A stretch of 61,743 nt of DNA, the filler included, from Nemertoderma westbladi (Eukaryota; Animalia; Xenacoelomorpha): NCBI GenBank assembly GCA_032718475.1. It is 3 parts of 3 records of this genome, joined end to end, with 100 filler letters (N's around TTAATTAATTAA, not from the genome) between each part and the next. Parts side by side here need not be neighbours in the genome. Positions count along the whole stretch, not along the records: positions 27,264 to 55,134 come from JAUCBJ010003799.1; positions 55,235 to 61,743 come from JAUCBJ010004483.1; 1 more part is not named here. One strand, given 5' to 3'. The notes under the pieces are model-generated. The model worked only from the letters and a program-made list of their open reading frames with translations. It had not been told where the DNA came from and searched no databases. Position 1 is the first letter of the stretch. Each line of letters opens with the position of its first letter. Shown here one piece after another: positions 52,752 to 61,743 of the stretch. A program made the translations under genes and the position numbers.

Positions 52752-52967
52752 AACAAACAGTACAGTAGCCTAGTAATTTATAGGAATATATTTTCCAAGA
52801 CTTAAAACAAGGATTGTCTCACTAACAAACAGTACAGTAGCCTAGTAATTGATAGGAATATATTTTCCAAGACTTAAAACAAGGATTGTCTCACTAACAA
52901 ACAGTACAGTAGCCTAGTAATTTATATGAATATATTTTCCAAGACTTAAAACAAGGATTGTCTCACA
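52752..52967. repeat. 72-bp tandem repeat (3 copies)
   Basis: Unit aacaaacagtacagtagcctagtaattt...aaggattgtctcac. Confidence 0.9.
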
Positions 52968-53777
52968 TTTTCATACTTATTTAATTTATCTCCCATTGGA
53001 AAACATAATTAGAATAGAAAAGAGGATTTTATTTTGAGTGCGATAGTCAGATAATGCAAATGAGTTCGAGATATGTGTTTGATATAACCGATATTGTCAG
53101 TGTGTATCAATGGATGTGTCATTAGTAATGTATCAGCCAGTGAGCTGTTCCTAAATGCTTTGATTTCTGAGTATTATACAGTATGTGTATCTGCAAAGGG
53201 AATGTCTTTGTCAAATTAAACATAAGAAAGTTTATCACATGAACATCAAAACGCGTTTGGTAACACCTAATTAGAAATACTTTATTCGTTAAATGTGAAT
53301 TGGATATTTTTCTCTAATTTTCTGTCGGGAGGGCGGTTCAAAAATTTAAAATTTAATTATAATATATTGTTTCTGCATTATACAAAAAAATATTACCCCC
53401 CCCCCCCCCCCCCCAACCCCATTTGGGCCACCACATAGAAGGGGCACCTTATCTGTGAAATAGCAAACTAATAAAGTGACATTTTGGAAAAAGTCGTGAT
53501 TTAGTAATATTGAATCCCTCTGGTAGGAGGAGTCAGCCTGTTAATGATCTTTTGCTGTTGTCTTGGTTAATTCCCTCCAACTGCATTTCGAATTGATTAA
53601 GAGTTAATTACATTGAGTCGAGACAGTTTTGTGTTATTGAGACAGTAATGGTTCCATTGTTCTCGTAACTCGTGCGTCAATCGCCCACACTCCTCGCCCT
53701 GGGAACCCGCTGTAGGATGTGAGCTGCTGGGCGTTAGAAATACGAACATCGAGTCGTCAGAACTAGAAAGTCAGCAA

Positions 53778-54436
53778 GCTGGCTTTAAACGAACCTGTCC
53801 CTCAAACCAGTACCCTGAGTGAGCGAAAATGAAAACACGAAAATTGACATCAACTCAACGATAAAAACAACAGCTGCTGGTACTCATGTGGGCCTAGTAT
53901 GCTACTATTATTTATTGAATGGATAGGCCCAAACTGCATAGAATTATAATACTTGAGATTGTAATGTATTACACCACCAGCTTAATAGCTCTTCCCCCAG
54001 TGAATCCTATGGGAATATCTATCAGGTTACTACTCACTGCTATCGATATGATATATCGTCCCAACTACACTACGTTTGCCTATGGACGGTCTCCTTATAG
54101 CCAGCTTGCTGGCTTTAAACGAACCTGCCCCTCAAACCAGTACCATTAGTAACCGAAAATGAAAGCACGAAAATTGCCATCAACTCAACGATAGAAACAC
54201 CAGCTGCTAGTACTCATGAGGGCCTAGTATGCTACTATTATTTATTGAATGGATAGGCCCAAACTGCAGAGAAGTATATTACTTGCCAAATTTAATACTA
54301 TCTCACTCTAACCCAGACAGTAATCAAACATCAACTGTAAGTTTGTATAATGTATTACCCCACCAGATGAATAGCTATTCCCAGTGAATCCTATGGGAAT
54401 ATCTATAAGGTAACTTACTACTCACTGCTATCGCTA
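53778..54436. repeat. ~330-bp diverged tandem duplication (2 copies)
   Basis: gctggctttaaacgaacctg... begins at ~53778 and ~54108 with colinear downstream sequence. Confidence 0.8.
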
Positions 54437-55134
54437 TGTTAGGTGGGAGGCCAGGTAATTGAATTGTAGGCCCAGTGCTAGCGTAGCGAGGGTAGGGTCC
54501 CGGGACCCTACCGTGGAGATTCCCACTTACACTAACTCTGAGAGCATTTTGCCATCGTCAAGTTCCGTTAAATTAAAAAAATTATAATGACAAGTGCAAT
54601 AAACCGAATATTAGAAAATATTCGAAGTTGAAGTTGCTTTGGAAAGGAGCCCGACCCCAGACCAGATACAATCCACATTATCCCAGGCAGGTTGCCAAAG
54701 AAAATAAGTAGTAGAAAGGAGACCATATACCCCAACAAAGTGTTGTAGCCAGGCCTCCACCCACGTGGCACAGTGGTAGTGTACATTGGTAGTGTACACT
54801 ACCAATAATTCCCTCAGGCACCCACCCCCCCCCCCCCCCCCCCGCGCCCCCATGATAAGGCATCATAATATCATACAATGTTCTTAGAAAGCCAGCTTAT
54901 TACTTAGGCCTATATTATATAATCTCTCAACCAGTTTAATAGTCTGTAATGTAAAGCGATGAAATGGAGCCCAATTGACCACTGCAGGGGGCCGCCCACT
55001 GGCTCCTGCCTTAGGTTTCTGTGCTTTGATTAGACGACGTCGCTGTGCCTTGCCTGTCAAGCAGGGTTCAATATATTATACCAATGAAAGATAGCATAAA
55101 TAAGATAGGCACTCTGACTCTGATGTAATATAAT

Positions 55135-55234
55135 NNNNNNNNNNNNNNNNNNNNNNNNNNNNNNNNNNNNNNNNNNNNTTAATTAATTAANNNNNNNNNN
55201 NNNNNNNNNNNNNNNNNNNNNNNNNNNNNNNNNN
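55135..55234. other. Artificial contig linker
   Basis: 44 N + TTAATTAATTAA + 44 N. Confidence 0.95.
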
Positions 55235-55392
55235 ACTCGTTATTTTCGATATTTTTCATCTCGTGTTATTTTTACTCACGATATTTTTTAATCACGTTAA
55301 TTTTCAACACTCGTTATTTTTACTCTCGATATTTTTACTCTCGTTATTTTTACTCTCGATATTTTTCAAGTCTCGATATTTTTCACCATTAC

Positions 55393-55886
55393 CAGATGCA
55401 CAGCTTCTACTAAATAAAGTGGAGAGGGCTGCTAAGAAGGTTGGATTGCATATAAATGCTACCAAGACCGAATTCATGACCTTTAATGTTGATGGAAACT
55501 TGACAACCATTGATAATAATCAACTAAGGAAGGTTGACGACTTCCAGTACCTTGGATCATGGATAGAGAGTAGCAAAAAGGACATAGAAGTTAGGAAAGC
55601 AAAGGCTTGGGTAGCTCTATCAAAAATGGATACCATCTGGAAATCAGATCTCTCCAGGCACCTGAAGACTAAGTTCTTTCGAGCCACAGTGGAAAGTGTA
55701 TTTTTATACGGGGGTGAGACCTGGACACTGACTAAATCACTTGAACAACGAAGTGATGGTGGTTGCACAAGACTACTAAGGGCAGTCCTAAACATCAGCT
55801 AGAGAGAACACATGACAAACTCCGAGCTTTATGGTACAATACCACCTGTATCAACCACCCTCCATGAACGCAGATTAAGATTCAGT
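55393..55886 (+). mobile_element. RTE-like LINE internal fragment (same family as 36958 and 41552)
   Basis: Near-identical sequence (FQYLGSWI, FLYGGETW); ends where a cagaggcgtagc element begins. Confidence 0.88.
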
Positions 55887-55974
55887 CAGAGGCGTAGCGA
55901 GCCCTTCTGGCGCCCAGGGGAATGAAGCTGAGATAGCCCCCCCCCCCCCCCCCCCTCAATAATTTTAACTGTTG

Positions 55975-57030
55975 TTGAAAAGTGTAAAATTATTGGAAAA
56001 GGTAAAGAGTAAAATTATTGAAAAAGGTAAAGAGTAAAATTATTGAAAAAGGTGAAGAAAGAGTAAAATTATTGAAAAAGGTAAAGAGTAAAAATATTTG
56101 GAAGGTAAAGAGTAAAATTATTGAAAAAGGTGAAGAAAGAGTAAAATTATTGAAAAAGGTAAAGAGTAAAATTATTTGGAAGGTAAAGAGTAAAATTATT
56201 TGTAAGGTAAAGAGTAAAAATATTTGGAAGGTAAAGAGTAAAATTAGTGAAAAAGGTGAAGAAAGAGTAAAATTATTGAAAAAGGTAAAGAGTAAAATTA
56301 TTTGTAAGGTAAAGAGTAAAAATATTTGGAAGGTAAAGAGTAAAATTATTTGGAAGGTAAAGAGTAAAATTAGTGAAAAAGGTGAAGAAAGAGTAAAATT
56401 ATTTGGAAGGTAAAGAGTAAAATTATTTGGAAGGTAAAGAGTAAAATTATTGAAAAAGGTAAAGAGTAAAATTATTGAAAAAGGTAAAGAGTAAAATTAT
56501 TTGGAAGGTAAAGAGTAAAATTATTGAAAAAGGTAAAGAGTAAAATTATTGAAAAAGGTAAAGAGTAAAATTATTGAAAAAGGTAAAGAAAGAGTAAAAT
56601 TATTTGGAAGGTAAAGAGTAAAATTATTGAAAAAGGTAAAGAGTAAAATTATTGAAAAAGGAAAAGAGTAAAATTATTGAAAAAGGTAAAGAGTAAAATT
56701 ATTGAAAAAGGTAAAGAGTAAAATTATTGAAAAAGGTAAAGAGTAAAATTATTGAAAAAGGTAAAGAGTAAAATTATTTGGAAGGTAAAGAGTAAAATTA
56801 TTGAAAAAGGTAAAGAGTAAAATTAGTGAAAAAGGTAAAGTGTAAAATTATTTGTAAGGTAAATACTGAAAGAGTAAAATTATTTGGAAGGTAAAGAGTA
56901 AAATTATTTGGAAGGTAAAGAGTAAAATTATTGAAAAAGGTAAAGAGTAAAATTAGTGAAAAAGGTAAAGTGTAAAATTATTTGTAAGGTAAATACTGAA
57001 AGAGTAAAATTATTTAATTAAGGTAAAAGG
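55975..57030. repeat. Purine-rich ~22-bp minisatellite, probably inside a CAGAGGCGTAGC-headed DNA element starting at 55887
   Basis: Unit aaggtaaagagtaaaattatt(gaaa/tgg) with variants. Confidence 0.9.
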
Positions 57031-58871
57031 GAAAAGGCCGCAAATCACCACCGTACTATTTCGTAGTGTTTGGACTGTCCACCTTTTTCAAACACCCCTG
57101 TCGTGTTTTGTTGTGAATTGTATTGTTGTATTACAGTATTAGTACAGTATTATTGACACCAAAAGTAGCCGCATAACATAAGTAATTAATACTTAACATC
57201 ATAATTAGAAAATATAGTAAACATTTAAAATTTTGTTACAGTATGTTTAGTAGTATGTTCAGTATGTTTTGTATCTAGCGTGTACCGGACAATGGCACCG
57301 TGATATTTAACTGACTTTTCTCCAAGTCGTAGTCGAGTCCGTGGTATATAGTAATTTTCGTTTGTCATTTATCAGGTATTGCAAGAATGTACTGTGGATG
57401 TTTGTTGAAACCGTGATGTAATAAAAGTTTGTTTTTTGTTGTTGTGAATTAGTTTAGCCGTTTCAAGTAGATGCAGTTGTTCAATATTTTAATTGCAGAA
57501 TTGATTATATTAATTGGAATATTAATTATATAACGCGAATTAATGTTGAGGGTTTTTTTAAACCAAACTGATGCCATTTTATTGTGGTGGTGGCTGGAAA
57601 TTATTTAACGTTTTCTTATTAACTTTGATTTGAAGTCTTCACCATTATAACACGTTCGTGGGGCCTTCGCGCAGCACGAGGCCCAGTTATGAGATACAAA
57701 TTAAAATTGAGCGACTGTATCACAAAATCAGGTTTTGAGAAATTTACCCACACCACCAATCAATCAAAGAAAGGGGGACAGTACGTGTTCACCCCTTTTA
57801 ATCTGCACCCCCCCCCCCCCCTCCCCACCCACCAGTACTTTATAACTACCGATGCCTTAAATAGGCGAAGCCAGGTATGGTTTATAGGAATATAGTCTAC
57901 GCAGTACTCGTCTTCATTATATGCCTCGTTGCGCTCGTCGCTCGTCCTGTTTTGCATTAAAATATTTTTCCTAAACCAAGACTGACGATCTTTATACAGT
58001 TATAACTATGCGAAGTTTCGAAACTGTGCGAGTAACTGCTGATACATCTATGTGGAGATGTGTGATACAACGCCAACGCATCGTATGCCGATGTCAGGAT
58101 GTAGTAATATGGCTATTGAAATAACATTAAATCAATATATATAATATAATATAATAATAAACTATTTCAGATATAAGCCTACAACAGCCATGCCATGGAT
58201 ATACTATTTATGTCATTATATCTTCTGTCACATGGGATACTAAATAATAGGCCATGACAAGGATCTAGCCTGCAAAAATATCGTAGGCTGACTGCTGAAT
58301 TATCAAATATTACATTTTCCACGAATGCGGGGTCCATATTTAAAAGAAGATAAGTAGATTTTCGTAAATAATTGAATTGAAACATTATTTAATAATTAAT
58401 TAATTAATTATCGCTCAAGTCCCTGCAGCTTTTGTTTGTTTGTGGCTGCCTCTGGCTATGTTTGTTGCAGGAATGTTTGAACGCTAATAAGTCAGTCAAT
58501 CATGGATGAAATGGAACCAAACTTGGTACACTTGTAGTCTTAAAAAAATTTAGAAATTCTACACACAGACAGACTTCTACAGTTCCCCGGTCTGCCGCTA
58601 GGGGGCGAATTAACAGAAACGTAAAAATAGCTGTAATTATAGAACCAACGATCAGATTCATCTGAAATTTAGTAGTAGTTACCTAAGAGCATTGCTTAAT
58701 TAGAAATTCTACAGAGACTTTTACAGTTCCTGCCTGCCGCTAGTGGGGAATTGTTAGAGCTCCAGTTCAACGTGCTTAGCACGGTTTAATAAACAATAAA
58801 TTCATTTTTTATTCATTTACAGTAATTATAACAGTAAAATGCAATGTATTCTATTTTCTAGTAAAATCAAG

Positions 58872-59118
58872 AGACAGGGGGGGGGGGGGGGGGGGGGGAC
58901 TGGACGCAAATCCCATCTTGGCGAAATAATATCCCGCCTCAATATGTTAAATTCTCAATTTAGGGAAAGGAGCCAGGTTACAGTGGCACGATATTTTAAC
59001 CAAAACAATAAACTTTATTATTTGTTTACAATAAACAGTTTTATTTTTGAGAGTAATCAGCTGTTATTTGCGTCCAATTTCCCCTGGAGAGGGATGAATT
59101 TTTATTGCGTCCAGTTTC
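58872..59118 (+). mobile_element. Poly-G-ended MITE copy
   Basis: gagacag(G)n actggacgcaa ... ttgcgtccagtt; shared core. Confidence 0.75.
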
Positions 59119-60704
59119 CAAAAAATATATTAATTCCAGTTTTCAGAAAAATATCGGCTGTAAATACAATTTTACACAAGATGACAAGGGCGTTACATCC
59201 TGTTGTATAAGAAATATAAAAATGTAACATAAAATACAAGACTATCGGCTAATCGGGAGAAATAACTAAAACCTCCCCGACTGTAGTCCTCGAATAATTA
59301 CCATTATTATTATTCATAAAATAATTATCATCGCGGTCTCTTTGAATACTACCTGGTATTTTATCTCCAATATAAAGCGCTTCATTACTTCATCAATGTC
59401 GACTTCCGCAAATTCCGAGTATAAATAAATAACAATAACAAATTATAAACAGAATTATAAACAGATCGGAGCTATGCAGCTATCGGTATCTCCGCCCAAC
59501 ACAACCAACTCTCTATCCGCCTCGAGCATCGAGAATACGAGAAACTCGATCAAATACCTGCTTATTATCCCAGTATCCGTCCGTAGTCGCCGGACCGCTG
59601 CGGTTTATTCCCGTAGAACAGTAGAATTCCCACAGCTTCCGACCCAATTCGACAACGAATTCGCCTCACACTTTCGCGTCGCAGAGAACAGGAGAACATA
59701 ACCCGGGGGATACACATCTGCCCAACCTGCCAACGTTCACCCATTTCCCCCAGGCGATCCCAGGCTCCGGGCCGCCGCTAAATCCAGATCGCAATCCTCG
59801 TCGATTCGTCCTGTCGTCGACGTAAGTCGGACTCTTTCCACCTCACCGCACTCCAAGGTCTGAAGGTCAGAAGGTGGGAGGCCGGAGTGAGGCATGAGGA
59901 ACTTCGCAGTGGCCCGCATTACGATCCGACCGCCCGCCGAATTCCCAGTGTAGTAAATAGAATCGTACTGACAACGACAAGCAAGCAATTCCGTAGTATG
60001 TTAAAACAAATGGATCATTCCAAACCCCAATACCTATCAGTATATAGCTTAGGCTGTTAGTTAGGCACAGTTTAGGTACCTAACCTTATATAGCCACTAT
60101 AACCTTAGGGGCCGTTCACAAATCAGCTGACACTTTTTCAGGCCATTTTTGACCCCTCCCCCCCTCGTGTGATACCTTGATGACACTTTGGTTTGACCCC
60201 CCCCCCCCCCCCCCCTGCCCCTATGCTGACGCGTCAGCTTTAATATAATGCGATAAAAATAATTACAATGTCGTAAAGGCAGTACTTCTCAGGATTAATT
60301 ACTTCTTGATTCTTTTGAAAGTCTGAGTAATTCATAATAAAACTTGATTAAACACTTACAAATAAAAACTTTATTAAACACTAAATATGCAAACAGTATA
60401 TACACTACAATTACAGTACATCAAAACTTAATCATCGTCATCAGCCTCAACAAGGTAGAACAGAGAAGAGAAACTTATAAATACCTATACCTAATTACTT
60501 ACCTATATTACATACCCAATTGTGGATTTCCCATGTCTACTCTTCTCGATCGCCTATTTATACTGCAAAAGTCGTTAAATAATTAAACTGTATTATTTAT
60601 AATAACAAAATAGCAGGAGGCTACATTTGGATTTAGTCATTTTTGACGCCATGGGTCTTCTAGTGTTAAACATACAAGAAAACGTTTTGTACCTACACTT
60701 AAAA

Positions 60705-60877
60705 CTCAATTACCAAATAGATGGCCAAGGAGACTGAATGTCTGGACTTACCGGAGTCGAGTTAAATCGTTTCGCCAAAACGACCAAACAGCCCATAGAA
60801 ATACACTACATTTTTTTGGCGATTTTGGTCATTTTGGCCGCCAAAACGACCAAGTTAATGCTTATTGGGATTGGGAC
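60705..60877 (+). mobile_element. Right arm of the Tc1/mariner-like element at 16985-18496
   Basis: Near-identical to ~18325-18495. Confidence 0.75.
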
Positions 60878-61278
60878 AAGATTTGGGATAAGAGGATGCA
60901 AAAAGTACACATTTTTTTGTCTTGCTTTCGTATTTGTCTCGACTAAAAAAAAGTCTACATTTTTGCCTCCACTTAATAGTTCTTTTTAATGTTGTAACAA
61001 GTTAGGAACTTAACTATCTTGCTAGTTAGGAACTACCTTATTTTGTTTAATTGCCTACACTTTTCACTCAATTCGCCGCCCCCCCCCCCCCCCGCCCCCC
61101 TCCCCCTTCTAAACGTCTTTATGGGCACTGTTTTTGAAACAAAATTAAAATTTTGTAAAATTTTTCTTTAGAAACTTTCCACAGAGAACATTAAAAAAAT
61201 CACTGTGCTACAGTTTTTTAACTACTGTGGCAGAATTCCGCCATATTTATTTAAAAAAAAAATAAAAAGCAGGGAATT

Positions 61279-61390
61279 TTTGGACGTCCAAAAAACTAAT
61301 TTATGGACGTCCAAAAACTAATTTATGGACGTCCAAAAACTAATTTATGGACGTCCAAAAATTAATTTATGGCCGTCCATTATGGACGTG
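61279..61390. repeat. ~21-bp repeat with palindromic core TGGACGTCCA (~5 copies)
   Basis: ggacgtccaaaaactaatttat units; preceded by tactgtggc at 61223, resembling the terminus at 44. Confidence 0.75.
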
Positions 61391-61743
61391 TGTGGTGGCT
61401 TTTAAGAAATTGTTAAGTTCTGCTATTAATGCGCCATACTTATTGTATGACCCGGTTCATATTCTGAAGAACATTAGAAACAACCTTGCATCAATGGGAT
61501 GATGGTTCAAGATTATTAAACCATTCCAATACACTCTCAGTGGGACAGTAGGCCTATACAGTTCCTCCAGGTGTCATGAAATAGAAACGTTTATACCAGA
61601 TTGAGGAACGGGATAGTTGTACTTCCTCGCATCTACGGCTGGCTCCCAAGTTGACTTACTCTGCGACACATTTCGGTAATAATAAACAGAATGTTTCTTT
61701 GGCTTTAGCTGTTTTTCATCCAACAACTATAGGCCTTATGAAT

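Noticed and set aside
56018-56413. Lys-rich ORF
   Set aside because: Minisatellite translation.

Overview
AT-rich, repeat-dense eukaryotic (invertebrate metazoan-like) genomic DNA made of three segments joined by artificial 100-bp N/TTAATTAATTAA linkers (27164-27263, 55135-55234), so contiguity across them is not guaranteed. Host genes: (i) a divergent GABA-B-like class C GPCR on the minus strand (exons 22387-22545 and 13021-14726, with a frameshift at TM1) plus the first exon of a probable second paralog (2650-2877); (ii) a 3-exon SUMF1/formylglycine-generating enzyme gene on the plus strand (27864-39338); (iii) an orphan alpha-tubulin C-terminal fragment. The rest is decayed LINEs (RTE-like, CR1/L2-like), an LTR-retrotransposon integrase remnant, tRNA-derived SINEs with TSDs, nested non-autonomous DNA transposons and many minisatellites, most of which trace to TE interiors or splice junctions. 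Most notable: a tRNA-like Pol III cassette (A box, B box, oligo-T) whose anticodon-arm position holds a type I hammerhead-ribozyme motif (~51865-51985), and a ~2.7-kb array of duplicated 3' splice acceptors directly in front of SUMF1 exon 2. All calls come from manual reading; copy numbers are approximate.
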